A stretch of 63,632 nucleotides of DNA, filler included, from Octopus bimaculoides (GCF_001194135.2; 7 parts of 7 records of this genome joined end to end with filler, not necessarily neighbours in it), one strand, 5' to 3'. Counted from the whole stretch's first letter, positions 40,207 to 53,771 are shown. Program-made: numbers and translations. The notes: generated by a model not told the origin, from the letters alone.

Positions 40207-41296
40207 TTAAGAGTTAATCACTTACATACTTATGCTACACTCTGCAAACCAAAGCAACAAAGGAGTTCCCAAGTGGTCACTCATCCTGGCAAAACTGCAT
40301 AACTCCAATCTCCTTCAAATTCTAGGTCAACTTAACCTGGGGCCACACAACACTGATGCATAACATTTTACTTTCAAGGGTCATTTACATATTTTCTTTT
40401 TAGCTTTGTTCTTTTTGTTTTCTTTTGTTCTCAGGCATAGCGCTGTAGTTAAAGAAGTTTGTTTGCAGCCACATGATTTTGGGTTCAGTTCTACTCTGTG
40501 GCACCTTGAGAAAATGTTTATATTTATAGCCCCAGACTAACTAATGCCTTGTAGGTAAATTTGGTAGGCAATGTGACTGAACCTAAAGCTATGTGATTGA
40601 GAAGCGAAGTTGTTATCACACAGCCATGCCAATGCCTCAATGATAATTTTTCACAAGAAGCCTCACAGTGTAAAAAGAGATTTTTCTGAAAGAATATAAG
40701 AAAACACAATGTAAGATATCAACTGTTTGAACCAATGAACCATAACAAGTATTAACATCATCACCATCAACACTTGGACATTACTGTCTCAAGTCCTAGA
40801 GTTCATAGTACTGGTTACTCAGTTTCCATGCTATATAAGTAACTGAGATTGCAACATTCACCCTAAATTGGACACCAATCTGTCGCACAGTTACACATTG
40901 TGAGTGAACTGGAACATGAAATGAAATGTTTTGCTTAAGAACACATTACACAACCCAGTCCAGGAATTGAAATCATGATGTTGCAATTTGAATGCAACAC
41001 CCTGTCCACTAAGTCACACACCTTCACAAGTATTATGAGCTTTGCAAAAAAAAAAAAACATTACCTAATTCAAACAGCACAGTAGTTATCTCTGAGTGGT
41101 TGGCGTTAGGAAGGGCATCCAGCTGTAGAAACTCTGCCAAATCAGACTGGAGCCTGGTGTTGCCATCCGGTTTCACCAGTCCTCAGTCAAATCGTCCAAC
41201 CCATGCTAGCATGGAAAGCGGACGTTAAACGANNNNNNNNNNNNNNNNNNNNNNNNNNNNNNNNNNNNNNNNGACGATGATGATGATGATGATGAT

Positions 41297-41583
41297 GCGC
41301 CCTTTTAAAGCCTAGCCAGGCTCATGGACCCGGTTTCCCAGTTTCTACAACGTATGTGTTCCCCCCCAGCTAGACGGGACGCCAGTCCATCGCAGCTTTA
41401 CTCAAGAAACAGGAAGATGTGTGAAAGATTACAACAGGGATCACCACCACCCCCTGCCGGAGCCTCGTGGACCTTTAGGTGTTTTCGCTCAATAAACACA
41501 CACAGTGCCCGGTCTGGGAATCGAAACCGTTATCCTCCGACCACGAGTCCGCTGCCCTCACCACTGGGCTATTGCGCCTCCAC
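41297..41583 (-). mobile_element. tRNA-derived SINE family E
   Basis: Minus strand head gtggaggcgcaatagcccagtggtgagggcagcggactcgtggtcggagg...ggtttcgattcccagaccggg, with (CAT)n tail. Partial copies at 19560-19717 and 10150-10217. Confidence 0.75.
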
Positions 41584-44505
41584 AAACAGCACAATAACCT
41601 ACTGTGAAAAAGCAAATAGCCAACCAGAACCAAAAGCAGAAAGAGCACCTCTGATGAAACAATAGTTGTGTTCTGTAGAAAAATATGACACTTTAATAGT
41701 TACAACAATGAGGGTTCCAGTTGATCCAATCAACAGAACAGCCTGCTCATGAAATAAACATGCTAGTTTATTCAATGAGCATACCCTTAACACAGTTCTC
41801 AGGGAGATTCAGCACAACACAGAATGTGGCAAGGTTGGCCCTTTTAATTACAGGTACAACTCACTTTTGTCAGCTGTGTGGACTGGAGCAACATGAAATG
41901 AAGTGTCTTGCTCAAGGACACAACACACCACCAAAAATTGAACTCACGACCTTATGACTGTGATCCGAATACCCTAACCACTAAGCCATGTACCTTCACT
42001 GCAGAAAAATCTAAGATGTTAATGTGGGAGTCTAGGACATATTTTTTAATGTAGTCCAACATATCCTCAAGAGGACGGAAAGGTTACAGCTGGAGTGCTT
42101 TTGATTACAGGTCTGCACAACTCGGATTGATTTTGGCTTAATTCTCACAATTCTGACAGCAAGCAAGCCAGCAAGGGAGCCTCTATATCAGTTGTTCTCA
42201 ACCGCAACTCTCAGGGCTGCATGAAGCCCTCAACCATCCTTCTGACAACCCCCTGATGATGTTCCTTCTATAGATACAATAAATTTATATCTATGCCATC
42301 TTAAAAAAAAAAAAGAACACATTGGATAATGAAGATCTGATATATCATTTGAATTAAAGGCGGGATGGGTCTACACGATTCGGGTCAATCTGGTGCTAAA
42401 TTGCAAATTAACCACAATCATTCAGCCGGTTAATCTCAATTTCAATAACTTCGGAAATGAATGTTTTGATCTGCAATGATATACCGAGATAAGAAGTTTT
42501 ATTTATTTATTTCAAGTGTATAAGGAAATGAAATCAAGCAGAGCAGTAACATTAGATAAGCTGAAGTACAATAACGATGACCAATCCCGACGACATTGAG
42601 ATAAAAGCCTACCTGAATACTTAATGGTTTAAAAAAAAAAAAACAGGTAAAGGAAAGTGTCGGACAATTGATTAAAGAGTTGAGTTTAAGAATCTGGAAG
42701 TCCTGAAACCAAACCTTATCTCTGAAAATTATATTATACTTTGTGTTAGCAGATATTCATTTAGTGCATCTAGTTAAAAATTGGTTTTATTTTCATTTTA
42801 TGAATGAGCCATTAGTACTAGGAAGGAAAACAGTCATAACAGAGTAACACCTGTCATAACATAAAATGAAAATGTCTAAATACTGAGAATTATGTTAACC
42901 ACATCTGTTATGCTGAGCTGGTACAGAGAGGGTATGTCATTGAAGAGATCGCAAATGGCAATGAAAAGGCTTTTACAAACATAACTGACTGATCGACTAA
43001 TCGAATAATTAATCAATCGAGGAGTTAGAGAAATGCCATTGCTGACCACAATAATAATTGCAATTAGATTATCAATCTAATTTTTTTTAATATACACAGT
43101 GTTGAGAAATCATTATCTATAGCAAACTTCTTCATTTCCCCCCAAAAAAATTTATACATTTTAAAACACTGGGTTATTTTCCCCACTTCCAGGCAAAACA
43201 CTAATTCACTCTTGATGCATTTTCTCTAATTTCATCTTGCCATTAGCCATTTACAATTTTGAGATGGCTACTACCCAGTGACAGCTCATGTATAGGCAAT
43301 GCAGCACCCTATTTCCACTCAATATTATCGATAACATTCAATATAATGAGTCCTTTTATCTTTAATTCTTTCTTTATACTTGTAAATTATATAATTCTTA
43401 AGCTTAATGCCAGTAGCCATCCCCTAGTTTATGAAAAAAGTACGAAAAATCCTTGTATAGAACAGTGTCCTTCACAGTTCCAGCGACATGGTGTTTGGCT
43501 GTTGTGCACATGCACACATCTATATTCTTCCCTGTGCCTGTTAAATCATATGTTCGTGCCATAAGGCTTTACTTCCACACACGCCAGCTTAAATTAATTC
43601 GTTCTTAGTCGAAAGACACCTGTTGTTATGTCCTGTTATTTGCATTTGTGTAACATTCTCCGTTCTTTTTCATCCTTGTTTTCGTATACATTCGCTGCTT
43701 TCTTCCAAGGAATCTAATGCTCTTAGCTTAGTTTTTCATTGGGGCTGGCCAGATTGGAGCAATCTCAAGTATAACCAGCTGAAATTACAAAGATAATCTG
43801 GAACTCGACTGAGGATAGAAACTCCAAATGATCCGTCCTTGTTTTCTTTGTATTGTCTGTCTGGATCTTTTGTTGTCCTTTTTTGTATCACCTAACTGCC
43901 TGGATGTTTTGCGTACTTGTCCCATTTTTGTATTTTATATATAATAATGATAATAATTTTAGGGATAAAAATCCAAATTTACAGGGAAAAATTCAATTTA
44001 ATTTATTAAAATTAAATTAATTTCACAATATATAATATATAAATATTTAATTTAGAGAAAAAAAACACAATTATTGAATTCATCCATGAAAATCCACAAT
44101 CACATAGAAAAATTTAATAAGTAAATACACTAAAAAGACCTATAATAAAAATCAAAAAAGTACAAAGTAATAAATATTAAAATAGTGAAAATGACTACAC
44201 TAAAATTTGTTGGCCATGTGCATTTTCTTCTTATTTTAGAACTGCTTTTTTTTGTTTGTTTGTTTTTTTTGACTAAGTTATCTTTGACCTGACCAGTAGC
44301 TAGTGGATTACCCCTCATTTGAGTACTTATTACTTCCAAGGTTCTGCTAGCTATGAAATGAAACATATGTAGCCTGGATTTTATCTACTCCATCCCCTAA
44401 ATTTGGATACACACACACACACACACATATGTGTATTTATTAACCAATGAAATTGCAACAGTCTGATTTTCATGTTTTATTATTTGCAATTTTCACAATA
44501 TTGAA

Positions 44506-44547
44506 ATAAACTAGTACTTTCGTGTGTTACACATTCTTCAGGTTTAT
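44506..44547 (-). ncRNA. Minimal type-I hammerhead ribozyme motif, near intact
   Basis: Minus strand ataaac-CTGAAGA-aTGTG(taa)CACAc-GAAA-GTAC-TA-gtttat. 6-bp stem I, palindromic stem III AGTACT, and an A.C mismatch at 10.1-11.1. Confidence 0.65.
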
Positions 44548-44984
44548 GACAGTCATGTTCCACAATTGACAACTGTGTATACATACACACACACACATAT
44601 AATGGGTTTCTTTCAGTTTCCATCTACCAAATCCACTCACAAGGCTTTGGTAAGCCTGAGATCATTGTAGAAGGCACTTGTCCAAGATGTCATGCAGTGA
44701 GACTGAACCTGAAACCATGTGGTTCAGAAGCCAAGCTTTAATGTAATTGGCATACATTTTATAACATTTGCACAGGAAACAAACCAATGTAAGGACATCA
44801 CGTTATTTTCCTCACACAATATAAGTGTGATTATTGAGATACGATTCATGACCACTCCTCAGAGGAAATCTACTCATTTCCCTGCCCATGAAGAGGGCCG
44901 AACAGCAAGTGCAATGCAAAATCAAAGTAGGGTGTAACCAAAATAGCTACACTACTTTAAATGAAGTTGTATTAAAATGTGTGC

Positions 44985-45132
44985 AGGTGTGGCTATGTGG
45001 TAAGAAGTTTGCTTCCCAACCACACAGCTCCAGGTTCAATCCCACAGTGTGGCACCTTGGGCAAGTGTCTTCTACTATAGCCTTGGACTGACCAAAGTGG
45101 ATTTGGTAGACAGAAACTGAAGAAACTTATCA

Positions 45133-45170
<38 letters not shown>

Positions 45171-45345
45171 TCACCCACCACCACTTGATAACTGTCCTCA
45201 TAACTTAGCATTTTAACAAAAGAGTGATAAAATACATATCAGGCTTTAAAAAAAAAATTAAGTAGTGGGGTCAATTCACTTAACTAAGTCTTCTTCAAGG
45301 CAGTGCCCCAGCATGGCCACAGTGTAATGACTGAAACAAGTAAAA
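44985..45345 (+). mobile_element. SINE family B (further copies near 20185-20840, 32935-33190, 33880-34100, 44590-44730, 51830-51975)
   Basis: tgtggtaagaagtttgcttcccaaccac...ggcaccttgggcaagtgtcttctactatagcc...cagcatggccacag...tgactgaaacaagtaaaa. Confidence 0.8.
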
Positions 45346-47220
45346 TAAGGCATCCTGTTGTAGAACCTAGCTAAATCAAGCACTGGAGCATCAGGCAATC
45401 ATTCGAACCACCAGAGCCTGTGAAACTGTCCAACCCATGCCAGTATGAAAAAGCAGATGTTAAATGATGACACACACACACACACATACATGAGTGGGTG
45501 TGTTTGTGCTTATCAGTGTAGATTATCTATATGCACTCAATAAGGGTGGGAATAAATCTCTAGATAACCATAACTCAATGGAGTTGAACTCAAGACATTT
45601 GATAGCATGGCCACCAAAAGAATAAGAATATAAGAGTAAAAAGAATGCATGAAAAAGTAGATAGAGCATAAATGTCAAATAAACTAACAAATGTCTTTAA
45701 AACCTTTTTTTAGACTATTTCAGATTTTTATCTAAAAAAATGACAAATATAATAGCATTTGATATAATGGGTAATGGTATAATGATAAAAATAGTTACCC
45801 TCTTCTGTTTCACAAACTTATATTTTGTAACTAGGTTATGTAAAACTTTATCTCATTTATTTTTTCAACAATCTAGCTATGTGTATATTTTAAACACATC
45901 TGGAAAGTAGACAAAGCCAATCTTAAAATAGTATGAAAATAAGAATAAGGCCACAGGGAACATTAAACTACATAAAAATTCTTCTATAGTTAATAACAGA
46001 TGCAGGCATGGATGGCCATGCAACGAAATGGTTTCACAACCACATGGCTGATGAAGATGATGGCTCTGGGTTTTGATCCAACTGTATGACACCTTGCATA
46101 AGGTTCCACACAGTTCACTGGTTTTGAGTTCACTAATAAGCCATTGTGATTGAATCTAGAAGAGAGAAATCATATAGGAACGTGTGTGTGTGTGTGTGCG
46201 CACACTCAAGCACACACACACATGGTTTGAATCACACACAGCATGGCAACTAAGGCAAGTGTCTCTTCTGCAAGAGCTTCAAGCTGACCAAAGGCTTAGG
46301 GGTGCTTTCAGTAGGCAGAAATTAGAAGTTTTCTGTGTGCGCGCGCGCGAGCGTGCGTGCGTGCGAGCGTGTGTATGTTTACTTGTGAAGGTACATGGCT
46401 TAGTGGTTAGGCTGTTCAGTTCATGATCATAAGACCAGGAGTTCGATCCCTGGCAGTGCGTTGTGTCATTGAGCAAGGCACTTTATTTCACATGGCTCCA
46501 GGCCACTCAGCTGGCAAAACTAAGTAGTACCAGTAATTGAAAGGAGCCAGCCTTGTCATATTCTGTGTCATGCTGAATCTCCCCGGGAACTATTCAATGG
46601 GTATACATGCCTGTGGAGTGCTCAGCCACTTGTATGTTAATCTCACAAGCAGGTTGTCCTGCTGATCGGATTAACTGAAACTCTTGTCATTGTAACTAAC
46701 AGAGTGCTAGTGTGCATGTGCATTTCCATGTGCACGTGCTTGAACTACCAGCAGTGATGTTGTCGTAATTTCCCTGTCAGCAAATCATTCACAGACTTTG
46801 CATCTTCAAAGATGAGCGCGCGCGCGTGCGTGCGTGCATGCGTGCGTGCGTGCGTGCGTGCGTGCGTGTGTGTGTCTATTTGTATACGTATGCATGCACA
46901 TGTGTTGCTGTCTTATGATCATATAAGACTAGCATTGTATAAAAAAAACGTATTGTAAAAAAGAAGTCAGTCAATAAATATATGGACTGATTAAATAAGA
47001 AGCATACTGAAGGAAGCACCAAGGTCAATGTGATCGACTAAACTTTGGCAAGTCATGCACCAGCATGGCCACTGTCCAATGACCATTGATCAGTAAATGA
47101 AGAGATTTTGTTGTGTGTGGCGGGGGTTGCATGTATGTATGTGAGTGCCTGTGTATGTATGTGCCTGTGAATGCATGTAAGTGTGGCACACACGCACACA
47201 GATGCGCAGTCACATATACA

Positions 47221-47451
47221 GGCGGCGAGCTGGCAGAAACGTTAGCACGCCGGGCGAAACGCTTAGCCGTATTTCGTCTGCCGCTACGTTCCGAGTTCAA
47301 ATTCCGCCGAGGTCGACTTTGCCTTTCATCCTTTCGGGGTCGATTAAATAAGTACCAGTTACGCACTGGGGTCGATATAATCAACTTAATCCGTTTGTCT
47401 GTCCTTGTTTGTCCCCTCTGTGTGTAGCCCCTTGTGGGTAGTAAAGAAATA
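47221..47451 (+). mobile_element. tRNA-derived SINE family A, young full-length copy
   Basis: A-box-like ggcagaaacgttag and B-box gagttcaaattcc. The central cctttcatcctttcggggtcgattaaataagtaccag resembles the Meta/Sauria SINE domain. CpGs are intact. Confidence 0.85.
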
Positions 47452-48240
47452 ACACACATACATATGCGCAGTCACATATACATGCACACACACACACACA
47501 CAGGTGCATGTATGTAGGCGTTAGAAGCAACATGAAATGAAGTGCTTTGCTCAAGAACACAACACCCAGTCTGGGAATCAAACCGATGATCTTGCAATCA
47601 CGAGTGCAACACCCACACACACACACACATACATACACCCACAAGTAACTCTCAGTATCATCTACCAAATCCACTCAGAAGAAGGCTTTGGTTGGCCCAG
47701 GGGTCTAGACACTAGAATAGCTGGGGTGGGGGCAGTAAGGGTGGTCCGCTCCTGGTCGCACTTTTGGGTCTCCTGTAGGCAATATGTCTTTTTTTTTGTG
47801 GGGTCCAGGGGCAGCAAACGGAAGGGCCACCCCGAGCAGCACACACTGTAGCTATCTATGCTATGGGTATAGAAGAAGAGATGCTGCACAATAGGACTGA
47901 CCCCAAGACCACACGGTTGGGAAGCAAACTTCTTAACCACACAGCTATGCGCGCGCGCACGCACACGCACACGCGCACACGCGCACGCGCACGCACACGC
48001 GCACACACACACCATGCCAAAGCAATCCTCTGGCTCAATGGATCCTGTTGAACCTCCCAATCTATACCACTATGGTATACTGACATTAAATGATAATAAT
48101 GGTGATGGAAATGGACTGATAAAACAAATACATACAAACAATATCACAAGATGCATGTGAAAATAAAAGTCTAATTTTCAACCTAAATAAATTATTACAT
48201 CAAGAAGAAAAAAATAAAATCTCTAAAGCAGAATACTCAC

Positions 48241-48378
48241 TTCTACAACTGCAGACTGGTGCGAAAGATCCACCATCGGATGATACGGTTCAGGGGATTT
48301 GTGTAACATGACTGCAGCTGCAGCTAATGCTGCGACTGTGAGGGAGCCCGCTCCAACGTACTTCAGGTATTCATCCAT
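48241..48378 (-). CDS. ACSL1: Long-chain acyl-CoA synthetase (ACSL1/5/6 group), first coding exon (exon 48380-48241)
   Basis: Translates MDEYLKYVGAGSLTVAALAAAAVMLHKSPEPYHPMVDLSHQSAVVE (46 aa): a hydrophobic anchor followed by P..P.VDL..QS, as in vertebrate ACSL1/5 (PKPLKPPCDLSMQSVEV / PQPVLPLLDLNNQSVGIE). Acceptor tttgtatttcag and donor gtgagt, phase 0. The exact paralogue cannot be assigned. Confidence 0.88.
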
Positions 48379-48894
48379 GTCTGAAATACAAAAGGATTTA
48401 AATTAAAGCATTTCAAAATTTGATTCCAAACAATGTAAAATTCAAAACATTGATTGTATATATGCATAAATTCACACAGACACACACAGGCATGCATACA
48501 TACATACATTGTTTTACTGTCTATTTCTCCAAGCTTGCACGGACCGAATGAATTTCGTTTCAGCAGATTTTGTACGGCCGAGTGCCTTTCCTATCACCAA
48601 CCTTCACCTGTTTCTAAGCAAGGTAATATTTCCCCATAGCTATATGTCTTCAGAGAATATTGGAAATGAATGGTATTCATTTATAATAATCATGCAATGT
48701 CAAGACGACACACACGCACACAAGGTGGACCAGAAGTCATGCACCAAAACGTTTGACATATTTGTGTTATTATTTTTATTCATTCATTCATTCATTCATT
48801 CATTCATTGTGCTCATCATGTACAAGTACATGTGTATTCAGGATTATTTTATTATTTTATTTTATCTATTTTATTCAATTTTAGAATTGAAGCA

Positions 48895-49345
48895 TAATAA
48901 CCAAGGGGGTTGCAGTATGGGGAGTTAGGTGGCCAGATGTTAAGGGTGATGTGGTCAAAGAAATTGTCTGGCAGCCATGACTGGGCTCTCCTGCTTGTGT
49001 GGCATGCTGTAGGGTCCTGTTGCCAGACATAGGGTCTTCCAGCGGCCACCCTCTTGATCCAGGGCAGCACTGCCTACTCCAGGCACTTGATGTAGGCCTC
49101 CATGTTGAGTTTGAAGTTGTGTGGGAAGATGAATAGAAGTATAACATGGCCATCACTTAGTGATCACTCCAAACACCACGATATTGACTGGATGTTTGAT
49201 TTTTATCACTCTTGGTACATGTCCTCAGACTGACACCCAAACACTCTGAAATGTTCGTATTGGAGCTTCCGGCACAAATGCCAAGCAGTACAACATGCCG
49301 TTTCCAAATTTCTGGCAGAGTGAATTATGTCATGGTGGTGTTTTT
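48895..49345 (-). mobile_element. maT-like (DD37D) transposon, internally deleted
   Basis: N-terminal HTH-like LPEIWKRHVVLLGICAGSSNTNISECLGVSLRT fused to VPRV..KHPVNIVVFGVI...LPWIKRVAAGRPYVWQQD...IWPPNSPYCNPLGYY. The D to (G<D) spacing is 37. Confidence 0.7.
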
Positions 49346-49466
49346 CTCACGGATGGTGCCCAACTGACCCTATTATACTGTGTAGTCAACAAAATCAGAA
49401 ACAAACAATGTGCATGTGTGAAATAAAAAAAAAATATAAAATGGCAAGAATTTACCTATCATACTC

Positions 49467-49521
<55 letters not shown>

Positions 49522-49733
49522 TCATCATCGTCGTCATCGTATAACATCCGTTTTCCATGCTAGCATGGGTTGGACGATTCGACTGAGGACTGGTGAACCA
49601 GGTGGCTACACCAGGCTCCAATCTGATTTGGCAGAGTTTCGGAGCCTGGTGTAGCCACATGCACACATAGGCATGCATAAAATATATGCATACAGATCAT
49701 CATCATCGCATACAAATATACAAATGTATATAC

Positions 49734-49782
<49 letters not shown>

Positions 49783-49785
<3 letters not shown>

Positions 49786-50116
49786 CCAGGCCTCACACCA
49801 CTAGACTTCTTTTATTTTTGGGGATACTCAAAAGATAATGTTTATAGTACAAAACTGGCAATGGTCAACAAACTGAGAGCAGCCATTGAATGAAAACGTG
49901 CTCAAGTTCTAAACAAAATGTTTCTTCATGTTTACAATTCCACTTTTTCATGTTATCAGCAGAGTCTGAACTAGAACAGTCATCACTTTGAAAACAGGCA
50001 TTCATAAGAAAAATTAAATTCTGTCTGTAGAGTGAAATTTTGGAACTGAAACGTATTTTAACACTGACATCGTAATAAATTGATGTGTGTGTATACATTT
50101 TTTGGGACACCCTCTG
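49783..50116 (+). mobile_element. Tc1/mariner-superfamily 3' fragment (maT/rosa-type DLTPLDF motif) with TIR
   Basis: SPGLTPLDFF.(W)GYSKDNVY...KLRAAIE, ending in tgtatacattttttgggacaccctctg. Confidence 0.6.
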
Positions 50117-50372
50117 TGTGTGCACATGCATACGTGCATGTGCATACGTGCATGTGCATTCATGCATGTGAAAAAAAAATGAACAGAAATGGCTTTTCTG
50201 ATCATTTTTTCGCTTTAATAATTTGATGTTTATAAGATATTAGGTAACTTGTGAACATTTAATTATTAAAGTGGAAAATTATCAGAAAAGCCATTTCGAT
50301 TCATTTTTTAAAAAAAATATATAATACTATACCAAGGACTATTTCTTATTCTACTATATATATATACATACA

Positions 50373-50414
<42 letters not shown>

Positions 50415-50467
50415 CATACATACATACACAAACATACATAGAGTCATACATACATGGACAGATAGAT

Positions 50468-50511
<44 letters not shown>

Positions 50512-50829
50512 CACAAAATCATAGTCACTTGCAAGTGACAGCTGTTTTGGGGCTTTTTCTTTTTTTTGTACACATATATAAACACAAGAATATTTTCAAT
50601 GTATAATTTCTTCAAATGACAATTAATTTTGTAAATTAAGAATCTCTGAGATTGATAATGTTACAAGTCTGAAAACTGAATTAAAATGCAATATAACAAA
50701 TAATGAAACACACACACAAAAAAATCAACTGCAATAAACAATAAAAAAAAAATTTTTTTTAATTAAAAAAAATTTTTCATATTTTAACCTAAATTAAGAA
50801 ATATAACACAAGTCTCAATCTGAACTCAC

Positions 50830-51000
50830 GTAATTCATGTTTCTTATATTTGTAGGTGTTTTGAATTTTTACTGGTACATAATTTCGTCGCTTTGAAAAG
50901 TGTTTCTTTGGTGTCGTTTCTATTTCTTTCACATTTAAATATATGAGTATAACCGTATCCTGTAGTCTGGTGTGTGAAATAAAAATATTTTCAAAATAGG
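50830..51000 (-). other. Candidate non-coding 5' exon of ACSL (5' boundary unknown)
   Basis: Strong minus-strand donor TAC|gtgagt at 50829, about 2.4 kb upstream of the ATG exon. Non-repetitive sequence with several retained CpGs in an otherwise CpG-poor piece. No transcript evidence. Confidence 0.25.
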
Positions 51001-52596
51001 AAATAACACAACTGATTCACATCTGCATGCGTAAGTGGGGAAGGGGAAGTATGTAAGTATATGGGAGTGTGAGCATGCAGAAATGCACAGATGTGCAAAA
51101 AAACATGTCTTTCAATGTCACTCCCTTTCTTTCAAATTCACCCCTTTTCTTTGAAAGTATTCCCAGCGTGGCCATTGTGTCTTTAAAAAAATGTTCTTTG
51201 TTCTTGAAAGCATTACAACTGTGACAAAGATTTCAAAGAATTTCAACAGTCATTTTTTTAAAAACCATTCCAAATGTGACCATCCTACCTTCCAAACCTG
51301 ATCACCTTGTCTTGTCTTTCTTTATTAAGCCAATATCTCCCTACCATTCAGGCATAGTGTATTTACTATACGTTATCCAATGTTTTCATTAAAAGAAAAT
51401 ATGGTAAGGTATGATACAGGAGATATCAGAAAATGAGATACGATGATCATATTTGCAATGCAGAATATTTACTAAAACAGGTTTATGGTTTGAATGCTTA
51501 AAAAAAAACAAAAAAGTTACTGTGAGAACACTTTTTTAAAAGCAGGAACGACAGTTAAAACACCCATGAAGTTTTAGTGCATCTGCACATTCACATTTCC
51601 AGATATCCATGCAAAACTGCATGTGCATGTGTGTATTTGTGTGCATGTACATAAAATATATATATATATATATACACATAAGCATGCACACTCAAATATG
51701 TATACACAAACATATATAGATATATAAATATACACACATATATATATATATCCTTCATAATATATGTTTGGTAAATATACATAGATATATTTATGTACAT
51801 ATTCACAGGTTAAGATATGTACATATTCTGAGGTTAAGAAGCATACTTCCCAACCATGTGGGCTTGGGTTCAGTCCCATTGTGTGGAACACTGGGCAAGT
51901 GCCTTCTACTAAAGCCCCAAGACTTAACAAACCCTTGTCAGTGGATTTGGGAAATGGAAACTGAAAAAAACCAGTTGTATATCATCATCATTTAACGGTC
52001 CACTTTCCCATGCTCGTATGGATCTGATGGAATTTGCTGCAGTGAATTTTTTACAGTTTGACACCCGCCCCATCCCATCTCCAACCCTAACTTGTTTCCA
52101 AGTAAGATATTTCCCTTTGGTCTGACATTTTTCATGGGAGACTTGAAATGAAGGACACTTGTTTACAATTACAACCATTATGCAAGGAGACAGCAAAACA
52201 CACACATCATCATCATAAAATGTCTGTTCTGTTTACTGGTATGGGTTGGAAGGTTTGACAGGAGCTGCCCTACTGGAGAGCTGCAAGGGCTTCATTTGTC
52301 TGCTTTGACTTGGTTTCTACAGCTGGATGCCCTTCCTAATGTCAACCACTTTACAGAATGTAATGGGTGCTTTAAGTATGGCACTGGTGCAGGCACTTTT
52401 ACGTGGCAGCAGTACCAATGAGCCTGCAAGACTAGGATCTCTAGGCTGAGGGATATAGAGGACATGCCTGTATGCATGGACGACCACAATTTTTCTTAGC
52501 TTGATGTGTCTTCTCAAGCACAGCAAACCATCAAGATTCTCAGTCCCGTATCATCTCCTCAGTGATGTCCAGCACATGACAGGCTACTTTCAGTTT

Positions 52597-52826
52597 CCTT
52601 ATTTCTTTATTGCCCACAAGGAGCTAAACATAGAGGGGGCAAACAAGGACAGACAAACAGATTAAGTCGATTATATCAACTCCAGTGCGTAACTGGTACT
52701 TATTTAATCGACCCTGAAAGGACGAAAGGCAAAGTCAACCTCGGCAGAATTTGAACTCAGAACGTAGCGGCAGACAAAATATCGCTAAGCATTTGACCTG
52801 GCGTGCTAACGTTTCTGCCAGCTCGT
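52597..52826 (-). mobile_element. SINE family A
   Basis: Reverse complement of the family A consensus. Confidence 0.8.
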
Positions 52827-53771
52827 GGCCTTTCAGTTTCTGGTTAGCATATCCATTCACAAGGCTCAGCGCTATGGTAGAAGACACTTGCTCAAGGTGT
52901 CATGCAGTAGGACTGAACTTGGAACCATGCAGTTGGAAAGCAAACTCCTTACCTCAGAGCCATGCCTGTGTCTATATGTGAGAGAGAGAAAGAGAGAGAG
53001 TGTGTATTTATGTGTACCCTAATCTAGATAACATGTAATGTCTGTAAATGAGCATCATCATCATCATATAAGCAAGGTTGTTTATTTCCAGCCTTCTGTG
53101 AAAATATGTTTAGATACAAGGAAACTACTACCTTGCTTGGAAACAAATGTTGGAGACCGGAAGAGCATCCAGTCAAGCAATCATGGAAAAGTGGACATCA
53201 AATGAGGATGATGATGATGACATTTAATATCTGTATATAGTACTTACATATGTACATGCATGAGCATTTACACACATACAGCATCATCATCATTGTTTAA
53301 CGTCTGCTTTCCATGCTGGCATAGGTCGGACGGTTTGACTGAGGACTGGCAAGCCAGTAGGCAGGGTATGGTGGCGAACCCTGTTGTACTCTTTCACCAC
53401 AACTTTCTCTCACTCTTACTTACAGTTTCTGTACCTGTATTTCAAAGGGCCAGCCTTGTCACACTGTCACCCTGTCTGCCACACTCTCTCTTGCTCTCTC
53501 TCTCTCATCTTTTGCTTGTTTCAGTCATTAGACTGCAGCCATGTTGAGGAACTGCCTTGAATTTTTAGTCAAATGAATCAATCCCAGCACGTCATTTTNN
53601 NNNNNNNNNNNNNNNNNNNNNNNNNNNNNNNNNNNNNNNNNNTTAATTAATTAANNNNNNNNNNNNNNNNNNNNNNNNNNNNNNNNNNNNNNNNNNNNTA
53701 TATATATATATATATCATATCATACTCACACATATATACAAAACGTACTCTTTGGTTTTCTTTTTTCTCTT

